Shown one piece after another: positions 25,453-32,000 of a stretch of DNA of 32,000 nucleotides. A model generated the notes under the pieces. That model had not been told where the DNA came from, searched no databases, and saw only the letters and a list, made by a program, of their open reading frames with translations. Source of the DNA: Bacillota bacterium. GTDB taxonomy: Bacteria > Bacillota > UBA4882 > UBA8346. The position numbers were made by a program, and so were the translations under genes. Location of the stretch: the NCBI GenBank assembly GCA_023402395.1, contig JAEYGI010000063.1, positions 8,569-40,568 of the forward strand, read 5' to 3'. The stretch's first letter is position 1; each line of letters begins with the position of its first letter.

Positions 25453-25761
25453 GTGATCGCCTTCATCAATCGTCGTCAAGTGGCGGCATTATACCGCAAA
25501 ATGCTTCGTGTTGAGCAAAAGCTGGAAAAGGCGAATCTGGCCGAATTTATGCAGTTGATTCAAAATCCGGCGCGGCTGATCTTTTTGAACTTTCTTTCCG
25601 GCCTGGCCCGCGGCTTTGGGATCGCTATCGGGCTGACCATCATCGCCAGCATCTTTTTGGTTTTGCTGACCCGGTTGGCCAGTTTAAACCTGCCCGTCAT
25701 CGGGAAATATATCGCTGAATTGGTGCGAATCGTTAATCAGCAGTTGCGGCTGTATTCCTAA
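25453..25761 (+). CDS. Small membrane protein (possibly DUF5665 family)
   Basis: SD TAGGAGGA directly before GTG 25453. About 100 aa with NFLSGLARGFGIAIGLTIIASIFLVLL-type hydrophobic segments. The family assignment is from memory only. Confidence 0.55.
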   Translation: MIAFINRRQVAALYRKMLRVEQKLEKANLAEFMQLIQNPARLIFLNFLSGLARGFGIAIGLTIIASIFLVLLTRLASLNLPVIGKYIAELVRIVNQQLRLYS

Positions 25762-25854
25762 GATTCAATTCAAGCCGAAGCCGTTTCGTGGCCCAGGACG
25801 AGAAGCGGAGTCGGCTTCAATCCCACTCAAACAGGAAACCGGAAAGGGGTAGCG

Positions 25855-26520
25855 ATGATGGATTATCGAAAATTGAATGAATTCCGGGACAGGCTAAAGG
25901 CGGAGCATGACCGGATTGAGGCCGAGCTTGACGAATCACGCCGCTTTCAAATGGATTACGCCCAGACCGACGCCATTGGGGAACTTTCTTCCTATGACAA
26001 CCATCCGGCGGATCTGGGCTCGGAAACCTTTGAGCGCGAGAAAGATCTCGCGTTGTGGAACAATACCCAGGAGATTTACCATCGAATTGAGGAAGCACTG
26101 AACCGGATCGATGATGGGACGTATGGACGGTGCGAGCTTTGCGGCCAGGAGATCGCTATGGACCGTTTGGAAGCGCTTCCGTACACCAGTTTATGTATTG
26201 AATGCGCCAAGGAAACGGCGGATCAGTTCATTAACCGGGAACGGCCCGTAGAGGAAGAGGTGTTGTCACCACCGTTCGGCCGGAGTTTTTTGGATGACAC
26301 CGATTATGTGGCGACCGACGGGGAGGATGTTTGGCAGTCAGTCGCTAGGTATGGGACTTCCGAAAGCCCTTCCGATCTAGGGGGAACTGACTCGTACGAG
26401 GATACGTTTTATGATGCGGATGAGGATCAGGGGATTGTGGAACGAGTCGATGGCGTCATTGATTTTGGGGCTGGAGATGAGATCCCGCCGGATCCCGCCA
26501 ATCGGGATCAGCTTGATTGA
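25855..26520 (+). CDS. yteA: YteA-type DksA/TraR C4 zinc-finger protein
   Basis: SD AAAGGGG. YDNHPADLGSETFEREKD motif. C4 finger CELCGQEI..LCIECAKE. Acidic C-terminal tail. Confidence 0.8.
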   Translation: MMDYRKLNEFRDRLKAEHDRIEAELDESRRFQMDYAQTDAIGELSSYDNHPADLGSETFEREKDLALWNNTQEIYHRIEEALNRIDDGTYGRCELCGQEIAMDRLEALPYTSLCIECAKETADQFINRERPVEEEVLSPPFGRSFLDDTDYVATDGEDVWQSVARYGTSESPSDLGGTDSYEDTFYDADEDQGIVERVDGVIDFGAGDEIPPDPANRDQLD

Positions 26521-26864
26521 GCCCGTATTTTGAGTTTTCTACGAAACCAAGGAAAGATTGAAGCCCCAACGATGCGCTCCGGAAATTTCGAAGCAAATAA
26601 AGGGTTTTTGTCAAACACGGCGAATTCAAATGCCATGTGTTAAAGCCCTATGTTCGACTATAGGCTGGCGGAACTCTTTGAGAAGCGACTTTATCACTTG
26701 CTTTTTCTGAGCTTTTGTGTATGATCCCGGCCTTCAAGCCGGAATTTATCACAACGCTGTTAGCACAAAGGGGGTAGAGGGTGGGATATGTCCACCCTCT
26801 ATCTTATCGCTGCGTTTCATCAATCAATGAAACCCCGGTTTCGGTTGATCTTGGCGCTGTTTTT

Positions 26865-27389
26865 ATGATCCGGCGTCAGGCGTCGGAAGGAGAAGGACAA
26901 TTGTATTGGATGGCGGCTTTGGTTGTCTTCTTACTTGATCAGTCCACCAAGTGGCTGGTGCAATCGAAGATGACTCCTTTTCAGAGTATCAAGATTAGCG
27001 GAGATTGGTTCTTTCTGACCTACGCTAAAAATTATGGCGCGGCCTTCAGCATCATGGACGGCTACACATCGGTACTGATTGCCATCTCCGCGATGGTATT
27101 TATCCTGGTCTGGATGAACCGCCGCCGCCTATCCGCCTATCCGGGGTTGTTCCGGTGGGGTTTGGCGATGGGTTTGGGGGGCGCGGCCGGAAATTTGGCG
27201 GACCGGGTCCGCCTCGGATATGTGGTCGATTTTTTGGATTTTCATTTTTGGCCCGTATTTAACCTGGCCGATACCGGGATTGTTATTGGGGTCGGCCTGA
27301 TTATGGCCGGATTGCTCATCGCTGAATACCGGGGTCGGCCCAAAGACACTGAGCCGGGTAAAGCCGGACCGGCGGAAGATCGTTTGTAG
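26865..27389 (+). CDS. lspA: Lipoprotein signal peptidase II
   Basis: LLDQSTKWLV, NYGAAFSI and GYVVDFLDFHFWPVFNLADTGIVIG motifs. Start uncertain: track GTG 26781, ATG 26865 chosen, and TTG about 26910 is also possible. Confidence 0.85.
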   Translation: MIRRQASEGEGQLYWMAALVVFLLDQSTKWLVQSKMTPFQSIKISGDWFFLTYAKNYGAAFSIMDGYTSVLIAISAMVFILVWMNRRRLSAYPGLFRWGLAMGLGGAAGNLADRVRLGYVVDFLDFHFWPVFNLADTGIVIGVGLIMAGLLIAEYRGRPKDTEPGKAGPAEDRL

Positions 27390-27419
27390 AGCATTTGTAT
27401 TTGTAAAGGGGGAGCAAAG

Positions 27420-28199
27420 ATGAGGCCGGTTTTATTTGAGCTTTTCGGCTGGCCGGTTCATTCCTACGGATTATTGCTGGCTGTCGCTTTCATCGTTGGG
27501 ATTACCGGAGTCGGCCGCGCCGCCCGGCGCTTGAACATTCGCTTTGATACCATCGTGGATCTCGGGATCTGGGTTTTGATCGGGGCAGTGGCCGGTTCCC
27601 GCCTGGCGTACGTAATTACGGAATATCACTACTACCTGCGGGCACCGTTGGAAATCTTCCGGATAGACTCGGGTGGGTTGGCTTTCCACGGCGGCTTGAT
27701 CGGCGGATTCTTGGCCGGGTTTTGGTTCGTGAAGCGCCAAAAGATTTTCCCATGGACCCTGGCCGATCTGGTGGCTCCCTTTATCGCGCTCGGATACGCG
27801 ATCGTCCGGATCGGTTGCCTGCTCAACGGTTGTTGTTACGGCAAGATCAGTGCATTGCCATGGGCTATTCAGTGCGCCGCGGGAGATGCCGCGTTGCGGC
27901 ATCCGACCCAGCTCTACTCCATGGCGGGGAGTCTGCTGTTGTTCGCGATTTTATGGGCCAACCGGAATCACCGTCAGTTTCCCGGTTTTTTGTTCTTATT
28001 GTATGTCGGTCTTTATTCAATTCTTCGATTCGTGGTCGAGTTTTTCCGGGTAGGACCGATGGTCGGGCCCTGGCTCAGCTTGGCGCAGGTGGTTTGCATC
28101 ACTTTGGCTGGCCTTGCGTTCGGAACCATCTATTATCTGCAACGGCGCTTCCGGCGGAAGGGATTGGGAGCTGATGCCATCACTGACCTTAACCGTTGA
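27420..28199 (+). CDS. lgt: Prolipoprotein diacylglyceryl transferase
   Basis: SD AAAGGGGGAG. FGWPVHSYGLLLAVAFIVG N-terminus, LAFHGGLIGG and RHPTQLYS motifs. Confidence 0.85.
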   Translation: MRPVLFELFGWPVHSYGLLLAVAFIVGITGVGRAARRLNIRFDTIVDLGIWVLIGAVAGSRLAYVITEYHYYLRAPLEIFRIDSGGLAFHGGLIGGFLAGFWFVKRQKIFPWTLADLVAPFIALGYAIVRIGCLLNGCCYGKISALPWAIQCAAGDAALRHPTQLYSMAGSLLLFAILWANRNHRQFPGFLFLLYVGLYSILRFVVEFFRVGPMVGPWLSLAQVVCITLAGLAFGTIYYLQRRFRRKGLGADAITDLNR

Positions 28200-29136
28200 G
28201 GTTTCGGCCGCTGGCCAGCGATTGGACGTTTTTATGGCGGAAACCAAAGTCTGGCCCTCACGGTCGTTTGTTCAAAAGTTAATTGAAGCCGGGAATGTCT
28301 CCTGCAAAGATAAAGTTCTCAAAGCCAGTTACCGGACTGAACCCGGCGATATTCTGGAAGTTCACTGGGAAGATCCCCAGCCGCTGCTGGTTGAGCCGGA
28401 GACCATTCCGCTGGAGATTCATTATGAGGATCAGGATTTGATTGTGATCAATAAGCCCAGAGGAATGGTGGTGCATCCAGCGGCCGGTAATTATCAAGGT
28501 ACGCTGGTGAATGCCGTTTTGGCCCATTGCCCCGACTTGTCGGGCATCGGCGGGGTGATCCGGCCGGGAATCGTGCATCGGCTCGACAAAGATACCTCCG
28601 GGCTTTTGGTCGTAGCCAAAAACGATCACAGCCATCTGGCGTTGGCACATCAGATCAAACAGCGCCTGATGAAACGGGTTTACCTGGCGCTCGTTCACGG
28701 CGCTCCCGCGGCAAGCGGCCGGATCGAAGCTCCGATCGGACGGCATCCGGTAGAACGCAAAAAAATGGCGGTCGTCCCTACCGGCCGGCCGGCAGCCACC
28801 AATTACCGGGTGTTGGAGTTTATCGGCCAATACAGTTATCTGGAAGTGAAGCTCGAATCGGGCCGGACCCATCAAATCCGGGTCCATTTCAGCCACTTCG
28901 GATATCCGCTGGTGGGTGATGCGGTATACGGATGGCGGCGGGATCCGGTTCCTATCGTTGGGCAGGCCCTTCATGCCGCGCTGTTGGGTTTTACTCATCC
29001 CCGGACCGGTGAGGCCATGGAATTTTATTGCGAACCTCCGGAAGCGATGGGGCGAGCCCTTGACTGGTGCCACAAAAATGAGAGAGAGGCGGCCTTGCGA
29101 AGCGCGCCTCCCGGAGAGGTTAGGATTGACGAATAG
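28174..29136 (+). CDS. rluD: RluD/RluA-family 23S rRNA pseudouridine synthase
   Basis: Track ORF 28114..29136; ATG 28174 gives the S4-like N-domain (GQRLDVFMAE..SRSFVQKLIEAGNVSCKDKV). Catalytic HRLDKDTSGLLVVAKN. GRTHQIRVH motif. It overlaps the lgt 3' end by 26 nt. Confidence 0.85.
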   Translation: MPSLTLTVEVSAAGQRLDVFMAETKVWPSRSFVQKLIEAGNVSCKDKVLKASYRTEPGDILEVHWEDPQPLLVEPETIPLEIHYEDQDLIVINKPRGMVVHPAAGNYQGTLVNAVLAHCPDLSGIGGVIRPGIVHRLDKDTSGLLVVAKNDHSHLALAHQIKQRLMKRVYLALVHGAPAASGRIEAPIGRHPVERKKMAVVPTGRPAATNYRVLEFIGQYSYLEVKLESGRTHQIRVHFSHFGYPLVGDAVYGWRRDPVPIVGQALHAALLGFTHPRTGEAMEFYCEPPEAMGRALDWCHKNEREAALRSAPPGEVRIDE

Positions 29137-29290
29137 TGGGGCGGGCCATATCCAAAAGCCCCAGGACGACATGGGCCAACCCAAACCCCAATATTCCAAC
29201 ACCCCATTTCTTTTTCAGCATAGCGGCCCCCAATCCGGAAACCGCCGTACCAACACCAGCCACAACCAGACCAGTAGTGGATGCTTTCAT
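29120..29290 (-). CDS. Small two-TM membrane protein (56 aa), unknown function
   Basis: Strong SD AAGGAGGG lies 6 nt before the internal ATG at 29290 of track ORF 29120..29344. Product: MKASTTGLVVAGVGTAVSGLGAAMLKKKWGVGILGFGLAHVVLGLLDMARPTIRQS. Its 3' end overlaps the rluD 3' end by 17 nt (convergent). Confidence 0.55.
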   Translation of the reverse strand: MKASTTGLVVAGVGTAVSGLGAAMLKKKWGVGILGFGLAHVVLGLLDMARPTIRQS

Positions 29291-29388
29291 TAGATCCCTC
29301 CTTGAGCTTAGCATCCCCGGACATTCAAAGAGTCTTGATAACAATTTCTTCCGGTTTTAACGTCTATTTCGCATCAAAGGGTTTTTTA

Positions 29389-29418
29389 TTGACGAAACCG
29401 GCGGATTCATGATATACT
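29389..29418 (+). promoter_or_regulatory. Candidate extended -10 sigma-A promoter of the infC-rpmI-rplT operon
   Basis: TTGACG (29389-29394), 18-nt spacer ending in TGA, TATACT (29413-29418), giving a TGnTATACT extended -10. Confidence 0.5.
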
Positions 29419-29564
29419 TTCATTATTCAAGTAGAAGCCATCCGCTTCTCACCCAATGACGGTTTTAGTTGGTTGGGTCCATAAAAAGTCGAAGATTGAT
29501 TGACTTTGCAGGCGGGTGGAGTATACCCGTTTTTTTTATTGTAGTTTTTGGGAGGTGTTGGCTG
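29419..29564 (+). promoter_or_regulatory. infC leader with intrinsic attenuator hairpin (L20-leader-like)
   Basis: About 145-nt leader containing GAAGC-CATCC-GCTTC and a terminator-like CGGGT-GGAGTAT-ACCCG plus T8 (29513-29537), located 28 nt upstream of the infC start. The position and architecture match the Firmicutes L20-responsive leader. No covariance model was run. Confidence 0.45.
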
Positions 29565-30077
29565 ATTAGTAACGAGTTGCGAATTAATGAGGAGATCCGC
29601 GCCAAAGAAATCCGGGTGGTAAGTTCCGAAGGGGAACAGTTAGGCATCATGTCGGTTCGGGATGCATTGCGAATCGCGCAGGAAAAAGAGCTGGATCTGG
29701 TGGAAGTCGCCCCAACCGCGAGACCTCCGGTATGCCGGATCATGGATTACGGAAAGTACCGTTACGAACAGAGCAAACGGGAACGGGAAGCCCGTAAGAA
29801 ACAACGAATCATCGAGATCAAAGAAATTCGGATGACGCCGAAGATCGAGGAACATGACTTTCAAGTGAAGATTAAGGCCGCTCAGAAGTTTCTCAAGGAT
29901 GGAGACAAGGTCAAAGCGATGATTCGCTTCCGGGGCCGTGAAATTGTCCATGCCGAATTGGGAAAAAATCTCTTACTGCAACTCTTCGAAAGCGTCCGGG
30001 ACAGTGCCGTGATGGAGCGCGAGCCCAAGATCGAAGGTAAGAATATGATTATGATTCTTGCCAGTAAAGCGGAGTAA
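29565..30077 (+). CDS. infC: Translation initiation factor IF-3 (AUU start)
   Basis: Track ORF 29469..30077. SD GGGAGGTG (29550-29557) lies 7 nt before in-frame ATT 29565. ISNELRINEEIRAKEIRVVSSEGEQLGIM is a canonical IF3 N-terminus. A non-AUG (AUU) start is the known autoregulatory feature of infC. Confidence 0.85.
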   Translation: MSNELRINEEIRAKEIRVVSSEGEQLGIMSVRDALRIAQEKELDLVEVAPTARPPVCRIMDYGKYRYEQSKREREARKKQRIIEIKEIRMTPKIEEHDFQVKIKAAQKFLKDGDKVKAMIRFRGREIVHAELGKNLLLQLFESVRDSAVMEREPKIEGKNMIMILASKAE

Positions 30078-30181
30078 TCATACGTTGCGGCTTTCGCCGT
30101 CATCACACAGCGTAAAATAAATCAAGCCAATCTGAGGCGATAAACGTCGCTAGCATTACCAAATAGAGAGGAGTTTACCAG

Positions 30182-30376
30182 ATGCCGAAAATGAAGACCC
30201 ATCGTGGAGCGGCCAAGCGTTTCAAGGTAACCGGAAGCGGTAAAATTACAAAGAATAATGCGTTTAAACGTCATTTGTTGGAGTCGAAGACCTCCAAGCG
30301 CAAACGGGGTCTGCGAAAAGCCGAAGTCATCAGTTCCGGGGACGAACGAAGAGTCAAGCGGATGTTGGGTTTATAA
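30182..30376 (+). CDS. rpmI: 50S ribosomal protein L35
   Basis: [22 protein letters not shown].. is canonical L35. SD GAGAGGAG. Confidence 0.9.
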   Translation: MPKMKTHRGAAKRFKVTGSGKITKNNAFKRHLLESKTSKRKRGLRKAEVISSGDERRVKRMLGL

Positions 30377-30400
30377 GAAATTAAGTAAGGGGAGATATTT

Positions 30401-30754
30401 ATGGCAAGAGTGAAGGGCGGATTTACTTCCCGCCATCGTCATAAAAAAATTCTAAAACTGGCGAAAGGCTATCGCGGCTCCAAAAGTCGGATTTTTCACG
30501 CGGCCAATCCTCAAGTATTAAAGTCTCTGGCCTACGCTTTCCGTGACCGCCGGGCTAAAAAACGTGATTTTCGGAAGCTTTGGATCACTCGGATCAATGC
30601 CGCCGCCCGCTTAAACGGAATGTCCTATAGTACCTTCATCAGCGGATTGAAAAAAGCCGGGGTTCAAGTCAACCGGAAGGTTTTGGCTGATTTGGCGGTT
30701 CATGACGGCCAGGCTTTTAAGGATTTGGTCGGCGTCGCCAAAAACACCAAGTAA
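30401..30754 (+). CDS. rplT: 50S ribosomal protein L20
   Basis: [30 protein letters not shown].. is canonical L20. SD AAGGGGAG. Confidence 0.9.
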   Translation: MARVKGGFTSRHRHKKILKLAKGYRGSKSRIFHAANPQVLKSLAYAFRDRRAKKRDFRKLWITRINAAARLNGMSYSTFISGLKKAGVQVNRKVLADLAVHDGQAFKDLVGVAKNTK

Positions 30755-30767
30755 GTAAGGCATGAAT

Positions 30768-30792
30768 AAAAAACCCCTTTTGGGGTTTTTTT
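30768..30792 (+). terminator. Rho-independent terminator of the infC-rpmI-rplT operon
   Basis: AAAACCCC-TTTT-GGGGTTTT followed by further T residues, 14 nt after the rplT stop. Confidence 0.8.
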
Positions 30793-30810
30793 ATTTCCAC
30801 TGTTTTTTGA

Positions 30811-30840
30811 ATTAAAAAACACCCGGGTCTCCCGGGTGTT
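30811..30840 (-). terminator. Rho-independent terminator of the convergent OmpA-family gene
   Basis: On the minus strand, AACACCCGGG-AGA-CCCGGGTGTT is followed by TTTTT, 19 nt after the OmpA-family stop. Confidence 0.8.
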
Positions 30841-30858
30841 TAAGATAGGTCGGCTTGT

Positions 30859-32000
30859 TTATAACTCGATGAAGATCAGATCGACCCGATTGTCGGTGGC
30901 GCCTTGATTGTCGGTGAGGAAGGAATAAACCTTACCGCTTTCAATGGTGCTGATCTTTTCTTCGCTGACTCCAGCCTTGACTAAATTAGCCTTGACCGCA
31001 TTTAGACGATCTTTGGAGATCTCCAGGTTCTCTTTTGCGGTGCGGTAATCTTTGGAGTTGGCCACCAGGATCACGAAACTGTTTGGATCCGCTTGAAGGC
31101 TGGCCGCGCTTTGATTAAGCTTCAGGCTTTCGCCAGAATCGACAACCGCTGATCCTTTGACGAACAGAATCGATTGCATGCGATCGTTCCAGGTGGCGGG
31201 ATTGGTATCCCACATGGAAATATCAACCCGACGGTTATACCACCAGGATTCTTCGTTATGGCCCTTCTTGATCGGGTAATCTTCACCGTAGGAGCTTACC
31301 GTGATTTTACTGGCGTCGAAGCCGGCTTTGATCAATTCTTGCTTGACGGTTTCGGCCCGTTTAGCGGCCAGCGCCTTGTTGTACTCGCGGGTGCCACGTT
31401 CGTCGGCGTGACCGTCGATCAAGATATAGGCATCTAAATAGGATTTGAGTACCGCGATGTCGTCATTCAAGCGGGCGGTCTGATCGCTTCGGACGCTGAA
31501 CCGGTCGAAATCAAAGAAGATCGATTTTAATGTGGCGTTGACGGCGGTAGACTTCGGCTCCTCCTTGGGAGGTTCGGCCACCTTCGCTTCGTCCGCTTTG
31601 GATTCCGTAGATTGTTGGACCGTGAATCCACCCGCGAGAGTCGCGGACTTGCCATCCGGGTTGGTAATCACTACATCGTACGCGCCTACCGGTTGATTGG
31701 TAAGATCAAAATCCATAGAGAGCTTGAGATCGGATTCATAGGCCGGGTTGGAACCGGTGATCTCTGCCTGGCCGGGAAGGGTCAACTTCCCGGTGGTCTT
31801 GGGGTCGAATTCGGAACCGGTGAAGGTTAATTTGACGAAACCTTTGTTGAAACCGTTATTGGGAACAATCATGACAATGGTCGGGGGTTGGTTCTCGACG
31901 GCGAATACTTTGGCAAGGGTGCTTGTTTTGCCGTCGTCATTGGTGACGGTGACATCATAAACCCCGGCCACGGCCTCCATGAAGTTCAGATCGCAAGTGA
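30859..32000 (-). CDS. OmpA-family peptidoglycan-binding protein with IPT/TIG-like Ig repeats and two OmpA_C-like domains (5' partial)
   Basis: The frame stays open to the window edge, so the M at 31980 is internal. Ig-like repeats: GVYDVTVTNDDGKTSTLAKVFAV and GAYDVVITNPDGKSATLAGGFTV. OmpA_C-like domain: FFDFDRFSVRSDQ..IDGHADERGTREYNKALAAKRAETV..NRRVDI. This is followed by a second, degenerate OmpA-like domain (ILFVKGSAVV..DNRVDLIFIEL). Confidence 0.75.
   Translation of the reverse strand, partial: TCDLNFMEAVAGVYDVTVTNDDGKTSTLAKVFAVENQPPTIVMIVPNNGFNKGFVKLTFTGSEFDPKTTGKLTLPGQAEITGSNPAYESDLKLSMDFDLTNQPVGAYDVVITNPDGKSATLAGGFTVQQSTESKADEAKVAEPPKEEPKSTAVNATLKSIFFDFDRFSVRSDQTARLNDDIAVLKSYLDAYILIDGHADERGTREYNKALAAKRAETVKQELIKAGFDASKITVSSYGEDYPIKKGHNEESWWYNRRVDISMWDTNPATWNDRMQSILFVKGSAVVDSGESLKLNQSAASLQADPNSFVILVANSKDYRTAKENLEISKDRLNAVKANLVKAGVSEEKISTIESGKVYSFLTDNQGATDNRVDLIFIEL

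Noticed and set aside
25146-25514. Plus-strand ORFs (122 aa and 68 aa) running out of the repeat array into the DUF5665-like gene.
   Set aside because: They are open only because the 21-nt unit lacks stops. Inter-unit variation hits their second codon positions. They start just after the rpsU terminator with no SD, and they overlap the well-supported GTG 25453 gene out of frame.
27471-27902. 143-aa minus-strand and 150-aa plus-strand alternative-frame ORFs within lgt.
   Set aside because: The Lgt motifs (HGGLIGG, HPTQLYS) fix the frame, and the alternatives are compositional artefacts.
28279-29202. 307-aa minus-strand ORF, the longest unexplained ORF in the track.
   Set aside because: It is entirely antisense to rluD, whose S4 domain and HRLDKDTSG motifs are unambiguous. 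The product is R/P/G/H-rich with no recognisable motif, which is typical of a shadow ORF in a GC-rich gene.

Overview
All calls are by eye (motifs, SD sites, hairpins) with no database search. The window reads as a chromosomal segment from an outer-membrane-bearing (diderm) bacterium with Firmicutes-like housekeeping synteny: mtaB-HIT-rpsU, yteA-type DksA/TraR, yhaM/yprB-like nucleases, lspA-rluD, and infC with an AUU start and L20-type leader. The left ~20 kb (358-19989) is a single-strand outer-membrane-biogenesis supercluster. In order it holds an S55/SpoIVB-type peptidase, giant TamB, a group-3 sigma factor plus a single-pass membrane protein, 3-POTRA BamA and an unrecognised modular small beta-barrel protein. 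These are followed by Skp, a membrane-anchored coiled-coil protein, a second Skp, LpxD, one LptF/G-type permease, LptD-like, LptC-like and an elongated LptA-like protein with three internal repeats. The right ~12 kb is housekeeping: two nucleases, a membrane protein, MtaB, HIT, S21, a DUF5665-like protein, YteA, LspA, Lgt, RluD, IF3-L35-L20 and a partial OmpA-family protein. I found no rRNA, tRNA, CRISPR array or mobile element. The most anomalous object is at 24805-25308, where 24 tandem 21-nt units keep perfect register. Wobble-position analysis indicates they encode, on the minus strand, an orphan protein made almost entirely of heptads (consensus xxx-F/L-L-Q-M alternating with E-I-L-D-L-H-L). 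Other candidates for undescribed biology are the unassigned genes inside the cluster (sigma/membrane pair, 432-aa modular barrel protein, coiled-coil protein between the two Skp genes), the repeat-extended LptA and an S55 peptidase whose Ser and His motifs are in swapped order.
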